Assembly (NCBI GenBank): GCA_004297205.1
Contig: SCUL01000002.1
Coordinates: 316,594-380,593 of the forward strand
Direction of reading: 5' to 3'
DNA: 64,000 bases
Source: Patescibacteria group bacterium
Lineage (GTDB): Bacteria; Patescibacteriota; Patescibacteriia; 2-12-FULL-57-11
Shown here: positions 55,178 to 64,000 of the stretch, piece after piece
Position numbering within the stretch: the stretch's first letter is position 1
Layout of the letters: the number at the start of each line of letters is the position of its first letter
Notes under the pieces: generated by a model
Seen by the model: the letters and a program-made list of their open reading frames with translations, nothing else
What the model was told of the DNA's origin: nothing
The model's database searches: none
Position numbers and translations under genes: made by a program

Positions 55178-56053
55178 ATGGCCGATACCGGCATCCGCGC
55201 CGTCCCTGCGGCGGACGCGGACTACCCCCACCTTCTCCTCCAAATCAAGGATCCGCCGCGGACGCTCTACGTCCGCGGCGATCTTTCGTGTCTGCACGCG
55301 CCCAGTCTCGCCGTCGTCGGCACGCGCAAGATGACGCCCTATGGCAAGGCCGTACTCGGGGAGCTGATCCCGCCGCTGGCCGCGGCCGGCATCACCATTG
55401 TCTCGGGGCTGGCGCTCGGCGTCGACGGCGAAGCGCATCGCCAGACGTTGCTTGCGGGCGGGCGCACCGCGGCCGTGCTCGGCTCCGGCATCCGGCCGCA
55501 GGACGTCACGCCGGTCTGCCACAGTCGGCTGGCCGAGGAAATCATCCTGCGGGGCGGCGCACTCGTCTCCGAGTATCCGCAGGGCACGCCGTCCCTCCCC
55601 TACCATTTCCCGACCCGCAACCGGATCCTGTCGGGACTCTGTCGGGCCACGCTCGTCATCGAGGCCGGCATCAAGTCGGGAACGCTCATCACCGCACGCC
55701 ACGCTCTCGACCAGGGCCGCGACGTGCTGGCCGTGCCCGGCGACATCCTGCGCGAGAGCGCCGGCGGGCCGAATCTCCTGATCGGCGACGGCGCCCGGCC
55801 GGTCACGACGGCCGCCGACATTCTTGACGCGCTCGGAGTCGGCGCGCAGCATGATCCCGACGCGGCGCGTCCGCAGACGCCGCTTTCCGACGCCGCCCGC
55901 GCGCTCCTGCCGCATCTCTCGCGCGAACCGCTGCACATCGACGCGCTAGCCCGCGCCGCCAAGCTCCCGGCCGCCGTCGTCTCCGAAACATTGCTCGTCA
56001 TGGAACTGCGCGGCCAGGTGCGCCACTTGGGCGGCCAGCTCTACCGCTTGTGA
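55178..56053 (+). CDS. dprA: DNA-processing protein DprA.
   Basis: LAVVGTRKMTPYGK...GLALGVDGEAHR..., a Rossmann-like DprA core. Confidence 0.8.
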   Translation: MADTGIRAVPAADADYPHLLLQIKDPPRTLYVRGDLSCLHAPSLAVVGTRKMTPYGKAVLGELIPPLAAAGITIVSGLALGVDGEAHRQTLLAGGRTAAVLGSGIRPQDVTPVCHSRLAEEIILRGGALVSEYPQGTPSLPYHFPTRNRILSGLCRATLVIEAGIKSGTLITARHALDQGRDVLAVPGDILRESAGGPNLLIGDGARPVTTAADILDALGVGAQHDPDAARPQTPLSDAARALLPHLSREPLHIDALARAAKLPAAVVSETLLVMELRGQVRHLGGQLYRL

Positions 56054-56922
56054 AGATTCTCCTGATCGGAAAAACCGCGGGCTACGAAACCGCCCGCCTC
56101 AGCGACGCCGCGGCCGGTCGCGGGCACGCGCTGACTGCGCTGTCCTGGAGCGACATCCGCCTGCGCTCGGGCATCGACGCCATGATCGACATCGGCGGGC
56201 GATGCGTCGCGGATTTCGACCTGCTCTACGTGCGCCGGTTCTGGCCGCACGTCTCCGAAGTGCTGATTCTGGCGCGGGCCTTTGCCGCGGCCGGCACACC
56301 GGTCGTCGACGCGGCCCTGCTCACCGAACCGTTCGTGATGAGCAAGATGGGCGATCTGCAGACGCTCGCCGCAGCCGGCATCCCGGTCCCCCGGACCGTG
56401 CAATGCTTTTCCCATGCTGATGCCGAGGCCGCGCTTCAGGCCTTCCGCTTCCCGGTCGTTGTCAAAGGCGTCTATGGCCGGGCCGGGACGCGGGTCTTCC
56501 TGGCCGAGGACGCCGCGCGCGTCAGCCATGTCCTGCGCAGCGCGCCGCACGCCGGCTTCTTTTCGCTCCAGGAATACCTGCCGACGGACCATGACCTGCG
56601 CGTCATCACCATCGGCCATCGCGCGCTCGGCGCCATGCGCCGGACCATTCCGCACGGCGACTTCCGGGCCAACCTGGCGGTCGGCGGCATTGCCGACGCC
56701 GTGGCCCTTCCGGACGATTTGGCGCGGCTCGCGGAGCAGGCCAGTCGGGCGCTCGGCCGGGAGTTCGCCGGAGTCGATATCCTGGTCTCCGACGGCAAGC
56801 CGTACGTCCTTGAAGTGAACCGCGCGCCGGGCTTCAAAGGCTTTGAATCCGCGACCGGCATCGACGTCGCCGAGGCCTTTCTGACCCATTGCGAACGGCG
56901 TCTGGCGGAAGCCGCGGATTGA
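56050..56922 (+). CDS. ATP-grasp enzyme (RimK / glutathione-synthetase-like ligase).
   Basis: VVKGVYGRAGTRVFLAE...EYLP..HDLRVITIG..., an ATP-grasp fold. GTG start overlapping the dprA stop. Confidence 0.6.
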   Translation: MKILLIGKTAGYETARLSDAAAGRGHALTALSWSDIRLRSGIDAMIDIGGRCVADFDLLYVRRFWPHVSEVLILARAFAAAGTPVVDAALLTEPFVMSKMGDLQTLAAAGIPVPRTVQCFSHADAEAALQAFRFPVVVKGVYGRAGTRVFLAEDAARVSHVLRSAPHAGFFSLQEYLPTDHDLRVITIGHRALGAMRRTIPHGDFRANLAVGGIADAVALPDDLARLAEQASRALGREFAGVDILVSDGKPYVLEVNRAPGFKGFESATGIDVAEAFLTHCERRLAEAAD

Positions 56923-56947
56923 CACGCTCTTCTTCTATATGTAGTAT
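56919..56947 (+). promoter_or_regulatory. Sigma70-like promoter for topA: TTGACA, 17-nt spacer, TAGTAT. The -35 box overlaps the upstream stop codon.
   Basis: ttgacacgctcttcttctatatgtagtat, about 23 nt before the topA ATG. Confidence 0.5.
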
Positions 56948-56969
56948 CTGCGGACGTATCATCCATCCC

Positions 56970-59237
56970 ATGCCGAAGAAAGCCGCAGCCAGCAAGAAAA
57001 ACGCCGGGACGCTCGTCATCGTCGAGTCCCCGACCAAAGCCAAAACCATCGGCCGCTTCCTTGGGAGCGGCTATACCGTTTTGTCTTCTTTCGGCCATAT
57101 CCGCGACCTGCCCAAATCGGAGCTCGGCATCGACGTCGAGCACGCCTACGCACCGCGCTACGTGATCCCCACCGACAAACGTAAACGCGTCTCGGAGCTC
57201 AAAAAAGCGGCGGCCGCGGCCGGCAAAGTCTGGTTCGCCACTGACGAAGACCGCGAAGGCGAGGCCATCTCCTGGCACCTCGCCGAGATCTTCGGTCTGC
57301 CGGACGACAAGGTCGAACGCATCACCTTCCACGAAATCACCGAGACGGCCATCAAGAACGCGCTCGAACATCCGCGGAAAATCGACCGCAACCTGGTGAA
57401 CGCACAGCAGGCCCGGCGCATCCTGGACCGCCTGGTGGGCTACACGCTCTCCCCCTTCCTCTGGAAGAAGGTGGCCAAGGGCCTGTCCGCCGGCCGCGTA
57501 CAGTCGGTCGCGGTGCGCCTCATCGTGGAGCGCGAGCGGGAAATTCTGGCCTTCGTACCGCGCGAATACTGGACCGTGGAAGCGCAGCTCAAAACGCCGC
57601 GCGACGAATCCTTCCCGGCCCGCCTTTTTGCCAAGAACGGCGAGACGCTCGACAAGTTCGCGCTGGCCACCCAGGCCGACGCCGAGGCGGCCGTGACCGC
57701 GGTGCGCGCCGCGACGCTTTCCGTGTCCTCCGTCGAACGCAAGCAGGTCAAAAAGTCACCGAGCGCGCCGTACACGACCTCGACCCTGCAGCAGGATGCC
57801 AACCGCAAACTGGGTTTTTCCGCCAAGCAGACCATGCTGCTTGCCCAGCAACTTTATGAAGGCGTGAAGCTCGGCGACGGCGGCGAAGTCGGTTTGATCA
57901 CCTACATGCGTACCGACTCGACGTCCTTGGCCCAGTCCTTCACGGACGCCGCAGCCGCCTACATCGAGAAGACCTTCGGCAAAAAGTACCGCCCCGAACA
58001 GCCGCGCACCTATGTCACGAAGAGCAAGGGCGCGCAGGAAGCGCATGAATCGGTCCGCCCGACCGACGCGGCGCGCACCCCGGAATCGGTGGAGGCGCAT
58101 CTCTCCGACCAGCAGGCCAAACTCTACGACCTGATCTGGCGACGCGCCGTGGCCTCCCAGATGCCGGACGCCCAGCTCGAAGCGACGACGGTCGACATCG
58201 CTGCCGGCGAGTACACCCTGCGCTCGACCGGTTCCGTCGTTGCTTTTGACGGTTTCCTGGCGCTGACGCCGGAAAGCCAAAAGGACACGCTCCTTCCCGT
58301 TCTCACGGAGAAGGAACCGCTCGCGGCCGAGAGCATCGAACCCAAACAGCATTTCACCGAGCCGCCGGCCCGCTATTCGGACGCCTCGCTCGTCAAAGTG
58401 CTCGAAGAACACGGCATCGGCCGTCCGTCGACCTACGCGCCGACGATCGCCACCATCACCGAGCGCGGCTACGTGGAGCGCATCGAGAACCGCCGGCTGA
58501 AGCCGACTGACATCGCCTTCGCGGTCACGGACCTGCTCGTCGCCCATTTCCCGCAGATCGTGGACACCGAGTTCACGGCCAAGATGGAAGAGGAATTCGA
58601 CACCATCGCCGAAGGCGGCAAGGAGTGGGCACCGGTCATCGACGCCTTCTACAAGCCCTACGCGGAAAACCTGGCCGCGAAAGAGAAGGAGATCATCAAA
58701 AAGGTGGTCGAAGACGTGCCGACCGACATGGTCTGCGAGAAGTGCGGCAAGCCGATGGTCATCAAGACCGGCCGCTTCGGGAAGTTCTACGCCTGCACCG
58801 GATTCCCGGAGTGCCGCAACACCAAACCCTACGACAAGGACGAGGCCGGCAACGAGCTGCCGCCGGAAACCACGGACGAAAAGTGCCAGCTCTGCGGCAA
58901 GCCGATGGAAATCCGCGAGGGCCGCTTCGGCAAATATCTGCGCTGCACCGGTTACCCGGAATGCGAGGGCAAGAAGCCGCTGCACAAAGGCACCGGCGTG
59001 ACCTGTCCCAAGTGCGGCGAAGGCGAGATCGTCGAGAAGCGCTCCAAGCGCGGCAAGATCTTCTACGCCTGCAACCGCTACCCCAAGTGCGACCAGGCCT
59101 ACTGGCAGAAACCCACGGGCGAGAAGTGTCCGAAGTGCGGATCGCTGCTGACCTTCGCCGCCAAAGGAGAAATCCGCTGTTCCAACAAGGAGTGCGGCTA
59201 CGTCAAACCGTCTGAGACAGGACCGCAGACACCTTGA
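56970..59237 (+). CDS. topA: DNA topoisomerase I with four C-terminal C4 zinc ribbons.
   Basis: TOPRIM VIVESPTKAKTI. Catalytic region. Repeated C..C...C..C zinc-ribbon motifs (CEKCGKPM, CQLCGKPM, CPKCGEG, CPKCGSL). Confidence 0.9.
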   Translation: MPKKAAASKKNAGTLVIVESPTKAKTIGRFLGSGYTVLSSFGHIRDLPKSELGIDVEHAYAPRYVIPTDKRKRVSELKKAAAAAGKVWFATDEDREGEAISWHLAEIFGLPDDKVERITFHEITETAIKNALEHPRKIDRNLVNAQQARRILDRLVGYTLSPFLWKKVAKGLSAGRVQSVAVRLIVEREREILAFVPREYWTVEAQLKTPRDESFPARLFAKNGETLDKFALATQADAEAAVTAVRAATLSVSSVERKQVKKSPSAPYTTSTLQQDANRKLGFSAKQTMLLAQQLYEGVKLGDGGEVGLITYMRTDSTSLAQSFTDAAAAYIEKTFGKKYRPEQPRTYVTKSKGAQEAHESVRPTDAARTPESVEAHLSDQQAKLYDLIWRRAVASQMPDAQLEATTVDIAAGEYTLRSTGSVVAFDGFLALTPESQKDTLLPVLTEKEPLAAESIEPKQHFTEPPARYSDASLVKVLEEHGIGRPSTYAPTIATITERGYVERIENRRLKPTDIAFAVTDLLVAHFPQIVDTEFTAKMEEEFDTIAEGGKEWAPVIDAFYKPYAENLAAKEKEIIKKVVEDVPTDMVCEKCGKPMVIKTGRFGKFYACTGFPECRNTKPYDKDEAGNELPPETTDEKCQLCGKPMEIREGRFGKYLRCTGYPECEGKKPLHKGTGVTCPKCGEGEIVEKRSKRGKIFYACNRYPKCDQAYWQKPTGEKCPKCGSLLTFAAKGEIRCSNKECGYVKPSETGPQTP

Positions 59238-59310
59238 CAAACAGGGTGCCTGTTCGTATTGTCAGGCCACGTTCCTTTGGAAAAAGGACGCAAAACCGGA
59301 GGAATAAACC

Positions 59311-60567
59311 GTGAGTGACTCGGATCGCCCATTCGCGCCGGAGCAGCAGTCGCTGCCGGGCGTGATGGCGCCCGAGCAGCAACGGTCTCCGGTGCCGAGG
59401 CTTCCCCGCCTCGTGCACGACCTGATCGACGATGTCTCGTCCGTCCAGCGGCCCGGCGAAGCGCGCGAGCGCCTCGCCCAGTGGCTGAGGAGCCGGCACG
59501 CCGTCGGCGGCTTCCAGCCGGAGACGGTCTACGCCCGCTACGCGTTCGAGCTGACGCGGGTGCGGCACGAACTCCTGCCGTCGAACGTCGAACGCTTCGT
59601 CCCGCCCGAACTGCGGCTCCGGCTCGGCGTCGAGCCCCGGCCGCGGCGGAAGGACCTTGCCGAAGATCCGCTCGCCCTCATGCGGGACGCGCTGATCGAC
59701 CCCCAGAATGCGGACGAGAAACGCCGGCAGTTCGAGATCCAGCGCGACCTCGCGCTGGCCTACCTCGCACTCTGGCTCGTCACGGACGCCGAACTGACCG
59801 GCAAGCTCGACCGGGCGCGCTGGGACCAGGAACGGAAGACGGAACGCGACCGGACGCTCTTCTTGATCCACCTGCGTAAGCGGGGCGTGATCACGGGCGA
59901 CGTCCGGACGGTGCGTCTGCGCGTCCACCTGGACGCCGAGCCGCCGCACCGCTGCATGCGCATCGACCTCCCCGGTGAACGCGAACCGTTCTACCAGGGC
60001 AAGGCCGGCGTCGCACAAAAGAGGAAGACGAGGAGCCTGGACGTGGTGCGTCTCGGTCTGCCGGATCTGCCGACGGTGCTGCTCATGCCGCGCCGGAAGG
60101 GCGTCCTGCAGACCATCGCCAAGATGCTCCTGCAGCGCTTGGACAGTCCGCTCAACGTGCCGGACCGGCGCGGCGTGCGGTTCATCTACCGCAACGAGCG
60201 CGAGCTCGAAGCGGGAAGTGACTTCATCGGCAGGAAGATCTGTCTGGGTCTCGCCCACAAGTCCCACCTCGCCACCAGAGACCTGCCGGTCAACCCGTAC
60301 GCGGCGCCGAACTTGCGCATTGTCAAGGACAGCGCGGCGTTCTACGACCGGACGATGGAAGTCCAGCACGTGCTGGGCAACCAGCATGTCGACATCCTGT
60401 ACAGCTTGGGGCTGGAACAGTTCCTGCTCTACCACGGGCGGCAGTACACCGCGCCGGACGGGCTGTTCATGGAGTTGTTCCCACCGACCATCTACGGAGT
60501 CGACTGGGAGCACCCCCAGGTGCAGCTTCGGGTGTACGAACACATCCGAGCGTCGCTCGCGCCCTAG
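59311..60567 (+). CDS. Hypothetical protein (418 aa). The C-terminal half is weakly reminiscent of a RelA/SpoT-type nucleotidyltransferase core.
   Basis: DRRGVRFIY and EVQ segments. The assignment is speculative. Directly upstream of rel. Confidence 0.4.
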   Translation: MSDSDRPFAPEQQSLPGVMAPEQQRSPVPRLPRLVHDLIDDVSSVQRPGEARERLAQWLRSRHAVGGFQPETVYARYAFELTRVRHELLPSNVERFVPPELRLRLGVEPRPRRKDLAEDPLALMRDALIDPQNADEKRRQFEIQRDLALAYLALWLVTDAELTGKLDRARWDQERKTERDRTLFLIHLRKRGVITGDVRTVRLRVHLDAEPPHRCMRIDLPGEREPFYQGKAGVAQKRKTRSLDVVRLGLPDLPTVLLMPRRKGVLQTIAKMLLQRLDSPLNVPDRRGVRFIYRNERELEAGSDFIGRKICLGLAHKSHLATRDLPVNPYAAPNLRIVKDSAAFYDRTMEVQHVLGNQHVDILYSLGLEQFLLYHGRQYTAPDGLFMELFPPTIYGVDWEHPQVQLRVYEHIRASLAP

Positions 60568-60628
60568 CGCGCAGCGGCGTTTTTTTATTGCCGATTGACG
60601 GCGGTGCAGATGATGCTACGCTGGCGGT

Positions 60629-62152
60629 ATGGAGCCAAAGAACCCGTTGAAACCCACCGCCGACGAATTGTTCGCGATCGCCCGGAAGCAGTACCCGGGC
60701 GCGGACTTGTCGCTCCTCGAACGTGCCTACTCCTTTGCCGCCGTCGCGCACGACGGCCGTAAGCGCTACTCCGGCGATCCGTACATCATCCATCCGATTG
60801 CGGTGGCCATCTCGCTCGCCCAGATGCGTCTGGCGCTCCCCGTGGTCGTCGCGGGCATGCTGCATGACGTGCTCGAAGATTCCCCGACCTCCGTGGAAGA
60901 GCTGCGGGCCGGTTTCGGCGGCGACGTGACCCAGATGGTGGAGAGCGTGACCAAACTCGGCACGGTCAAATACCGCGGCGTGGAACGGTACGCCGAAAAC
61001 CTGCGGCGCATGTTCCTGGCCATGGCCCAGGACGTGCGCGTGGTGTTCATCAAGTTCGCCGACCGCATCCACAACCTTCGGACCCTCGACGCCGTGCCAG
61101 AAAACAAACGGCGCCGCATCGCCCTTGAGTCCCTTGAGTTGTACGCGCCCATCGCCAACCGGCTCTCGATGGGTGAAATCCGCGGCACCATCGAAGACCT
61201 CTCCTTCCGCTACATCTTCCCGAAAGAGTACGAGTGGGTCGCCGGCCTGGTTCGCGGCCAGCTCGACCAGAAACAGCTCTACTTGGAAAGACTGAAAACC
61301 GTCGTCGGCAAAGAACTGGCGCGGGCCGGAGTCCCGGTGGACTCCATGAGCGGGCGCACCAAGCACCTCTACTCCCTCTATAAGAAACTGCTCCGTCACG
61401 ACCGCGACATCACGAAGATCCATGACCTCGTGGCGTTGCGCATCCTGGTGCCGACCGTGAGCGACTGTTATGCCACGCTCGGTGTGATCCACCAGCGCTG
61501 GAAGCCGCTCAAGGGGCGCATCAAGGACTACATCGCGCAACCGAAACCCAACGGATACCAGTCCCTCCACACCACGGTCTTCGCCGAAGACGGTGAAATC
61601 ATTGAAGTGCAAATCCGCACGGTGGAGATGCACGAGATGAACGAATACGGCGCCGCCGCCCATTGGCAGTACACGGAAACGGGCAAACGGTCGCGGCGGC
61701 CGGACAAGACGCTGCCCTGGATGAATGAAATCGCCAAAATCCAAAAGGAGGTCGGCGACCACAAAGAGTTCCTGGAGAAGCTCGAGACGCTCAAACTCGA
61801 CGTCTTCACCAATCGCATCTTCGTGTTTACGCCGCAAGGCGACGTCATCGACCTTCCCGAAGACGCGACGCCGGTGGACTTCGCCTACGCCATCCACACC
61901 GAGGTCGGCAACCACTGTGCCGGCGCGCGCATCAACGACGAAATCGCCGCGCTCCACCGCCCCCTGAAGAACGGCGACGTGGTGGAAATCATGACCGACA
62001 AAAAACGCAGCCGCCCCTCGGGCGACTGGTTGAAGTTCGTGAAGACCCACAACGCCAGGAGCAAGATCAGGGACAAAGTGAAATCGCCGGCCGATTGGCT
62101 GCTCTCGCTCTTGCCGCCCGCGCCCAAACGGCCGAGCAGAAAGGACGGCTAA
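60629..62152 (+). CDS. rel: Bifunctional (p)ppGpp synthetase/hydrolase RSH (HD, synthetase and TGS domains; no ACT domain).
   Basis: HD motif HDVLED. Synthetase motifs GRTKHLYSLYKKL, NGYQSLHTTV, EVQIRT. TGS region VFTPQGDVIDLP. Confidence 0.85.
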   Translation: MEPKNPLKPTADELFAIARKQYPGADLSLLERAYSFAAVAHDGRKRYSGDPYIIHPIAVAISLAQMRLALPVVVAGMLHDVLEDSPTSVEELRAGFGGDVTQMVESVTKLGTVKYRGVERYAENLRRMFLAMAQDVRVVFIKFADRIHNLRTLDAVPENKRRRIALESLELYAPIANRLSMGEIRGTIEDLSFRYIFPKEYEWVAGLVRGQLDQKQLYLERLKTVVGKELARAGVPVDSMSGRTKHLYSLYKKLLRHDRDITKIHDLVALRILVPTVSDCYATLGVIHQRWKPLKGRIKDYIAQPKPNGYQSLHTTVFAEDGEIIEVQIRTVEMHEMNEYGAAAHWQYTETGKRSRRPDKTLPWMNEIAKIQKEVGDHKEFLEKLETLKLDVFTNRIFVFTPQGDVIDLPEDATPVDFAYAIHTEVGNHCAGARINDEIAALHRPLKNGDVVEIMTDKKRSRPSGDWLKFVKTHNARSKIRDKVKSPADWLLSLLPPAPKRPSRKDG

Positions 62153-63015
62153 CCCGCGGCGAGCCGGCGGACGAGCGCATCGAGCTCCTCATCCGAGAAA
62201 AAAGCGATGGCGATGCGGCCCGACGGGCCGCGTTTGTGTATGTCCACCTTGGTGCCCAGCGCGGCGCGCAGCTGTTCTTCCGCGGCGGCGAGATTCGGAT
62301 CGGTGCGTGCGGGCAGGCCTTTGGCGGCCCGGACTCCGCGCTCCACGTCGCGCACGGTCATGTCGCCCTGCGTCAGCCTCTTCCACCAGGCGAGCTGCTG
62401 TTCCGGGCCCTCCAGCGCCAAGAGGGCGCGGGCGGCGGTCACGGGAACGCGCCCTTCGCGCACCGCGCTCTGCACTTCCTCCGGCAGGTCCAAAAGGCGC
62501 AGCGTGTTGGCCACCTGCGGACGGCTCTTGCCGAGCCGCTCGGCCACGATTTCCTGCGTCAGGTCGTAGTCGTCGATGAGTTTGCGGTAGGCGCGCGCTT
62601 CTTCGATCGGATTCAGGTCGGCGCGCTGGATGTTTTCCACAAGCGCGAGCTCGAGCTTGTCCTGCTCCTCGGCCGAACGGACGATCACCGGTACGTCGGT
62701 CAACCCCGCCATGCGCGCGGCGCGCAGGCGGCGTTCGCCGGCGATCAGTTCGTAGCCGTCCGCCGTCTTCGTCACCACGAGCGGCTGCAAAATGCCGTGG
62801 CGCTTGATGGACGCGATCAGGTCGTCGAGGTCGCGGTGGGCGAAGTGCTCGCGCGGCTGCTGCGGGTTCGGCCGGATCTGGTCGATGTCCACGCGCAAAA
62901 CGCCGGCGGACGCGGCGGCGGACGGCGAAGCTGCCGGCTGCGGTGGGGGCGCCGAGGGCGGCCCGGACGGAATGAGTGAACCGAGGCCGCGGCCGAGTCC
63001 GCGAGGCATGGCCAT
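62149..63015 (-). CDS. parB: Chromosome partitioning protein ParB.
   Basis: [11 protein letters not shown] ... [15 protein letters not shown] plus an HTH. Confidence 0.85.
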   Translation of the reverse strand: MAMPRGLGRGLGSLIPSGPPSAPPPQPAASPSAAASAGVLRVDIDQIRPNPQQPREHFAHRDLDDLIASIKRHGILQPLVVTKTADGYELIAGERRLRAARMAGLTDVPVIVRSAEEQDKLELALVENIQRADLNPIEEARAYRKLIDDYDLTQEIVAERLGKSRPQVANTLRLLDLPEEVQSAVREGRVPVTAARALLALEGPEQQLAWWKRLTQGDMTVRDVERGVRAAKGLPARTDPNLAAAEEQLRAALGTKVDIHKRGPSGRIAIAFFSDEELDALVRRLAAG

Positions 63016-63021
63016 AGGAAG

Positions 63022-63786
63022 CTAGGCGGGAAGACCGGCGATCTCGCGGGCCAGGCGCTCGTAGGCCTTGGCGCCGGTCGATGCCGGATCGTATTCAAGG
63101 ATGGTGCGGCCATGGCTGGGCGCCTCGGCCAGACGGACGTTGCGGGGAATGGTGGTGCGGAAGATGTGGTTCGGGAAAAACTGGTAGAGGTCGCGCATCA
63201 CGGCGTCGGACAGCGCGTTGCGCTTGTCATACATGGTCAGCACCGCACCCATGACTTCGAGTTCCGGCCGCAGGTGCTGTTTCACGAGGCCGACGGTTTC
63301 GAGCAGCTGGCCCAAACCCTCGAGCGCGAAGTATTCGGCCTGGACCGGGATGAGCACCGTGTCCCCCGCCACCAGGCCGTTCACGGTGAGCAGTCCCAAG
63401 GACGGCGGACAGTCGATCAGGATGTAGTCGTACTCGCCGCGCACTTCAAGCAATGCGTCGTAGAGGCGCCATTCGCGCCGCTCCGTGCCCACAAGCTCGA
63501 CGTTGGCGCCGGCGAGCGCCGTCGTCGCAGGCACGAGCTTGTACCCCGGCACGCGCGTTTCGAGGATGACCTCGCGCATGCGGACCGATCCGGCGATGGC
63601 TTCGTAGACGCCCTGAGTGAGCTGGCGGTGGTCGAATCCAAGGTTTGAGGTGGCATTCGCCTGCGGGTCCAAATCGACGAGCAGGACGAACTTCCCGAGC
63701 GACGCCAAGTAGGCGCCGAGATTAACGGCCGTGGTCGTCTTGCCGACCCCGCCTTTCTGGTTCACCACGGAGAAAACCTGCGCCAT
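63022..63786 (-). CDS. parA: Chromosome partitioning ATPase ParA.
   Basis: Start MAQVFSVVNQKGGVGKTTTAVNLG (deviant Walker A). The ORF-track N-terminal extension overlaps tRNA-Leu and is rejected. Confidence 0.85.
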   Translation of the reverse strand: MAQVFSVVNQKGGVGKTTTAVNLGAYLASLGKFVLLVDLDPQANATSNLGFDHRQLTQGVYEAIAGSVRMREVILETRVPGYKLVPATTALAGANVELVGTERREWRLYDALLEVRGEYDYILIDCPPSLGLLTVNGLVAGDTVLIPVQAEYFALEGLGQLLETVGLVKQHLRPELEVMGAVLTMYDKRNALSDAVMRDLYQFFPNHIFRTTIPRNVRLAEAPSHGRTILEYDPASTGAKAYERLAREIAGLPA

Positions 63787-63875
63787 AACGCGCACAGCAT
63801 ACCGCAGCGCGGGACGCTTTACAATCGTGGAAAACCTGCGTATATTCTCCGTGCTTTGCCTGCGGCACGGCGCGG

Positions 63876-63962
63876 GCCGGGATGGCGGAACTGGCAGACG
63901 CACGGGACTCAAAATCCCGCGGGGGCAACCCCATGAGGGTTCGACTCCCTCTCCCGGCACCA
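63876..63962 (+). tRNA. tRNA-Leu (anticodon CAA), type II with a long variable arm, CCA encoded.
   Basis: Acceptor GCCGGGA / TCCCGGC. Anticodon arm CGGGA-CTCAAAA-TCCCG. Variable arm GGGGCAACCCC. T-loop TTCGACT. Confidence 0.8.
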
Positions 63963-64000
63963 GGCAAAACAACAATCAGCCCTTGCAGACCGTGAAAAAA

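Noticed and set aside
63787-63975. N-terminal 63 codons of the ORF-track parA.
   Set aside because: They overlap tRNA-Leu on the opposite strand. The canonical ParA N-terminus MAQVFSVVNQKGGVGKTT starts at 63786.
1-64000. CRISPR arrays and cas genes.
   Set aside because: No regularly spaced short direct repeats were seen. The only strong tandem repeats are coding low-complexity tracts and the (CT)n tract in the RT.

Overview
High-GC (~65-70%) bacterial chromosomal segment with compact, mostly co-directional housekeeping genes. These include smpB plus an adjacent tmRNA, infC-rpmI-rplT, dcd, pyk, htrA, nrdR, ftsZ, ftsA, dgkA, ybeY, a GatB/YqeY-family gene, rpsU, hisS, lepB, an LCP-family gene, der, pth, dprA, topA, rel, parB and parA. 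There are three tRNAs: Asp-GTC, Val-CAC and Leu-CAA. The gene content (S21 with extensions, an LCP protein, giant surface proteins, a DGR) resembles Patescibacteria/CPR-like genomes; this is inference only. Accessory content is rich. (1) A complete diversity-generating retroelement at 48.4-51.0 kb. It comprises an RT with the IGxxxSQ motif that is frameshifted at a (GA)n tract, an Avd four-helix-bundle gene, and a 122-bp TR/VR pair with 21 of 21 mismatches adenine-specific. The target gene carries many AAC-codon positions in the TR-encoded template. (2) Two tandem paralogous genes (613 aa and 3300 aa) whose products share a conjugative-pilin-like N-terminal module fused to very large adhesin-like ectodomains (Ig/TIG-like, Cys-rich CxxCDDGN repeats, VWA). 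(3) Three tandem genes for single-pass membrane proteins that end in thrombospondin-type-3 Ca-binding repeats, embedded upstream of ybeY-dgkA-ftsA-ftsZ. (4) A lower-GC island (17.85-23.9 kb) with tRNA-Asp and a ~25-bp direct repeat of the tRNA 3' end, bracketing a Type II R-M module (C5-MTase, GIY-YIG Eco29kI-like REase, Vsr). (5) A ~320-nt highly structured RNA region driven by a near-consensus promoter upstream of a secreted TSP3/beta-rich protein gene. Many long ORFs in the six-frame track are antisense artefacts of GC-rich coding sequence and were rejected. Manually derived coordinates may be off by 1 nt; coordinates taken from the ORF track are exact.
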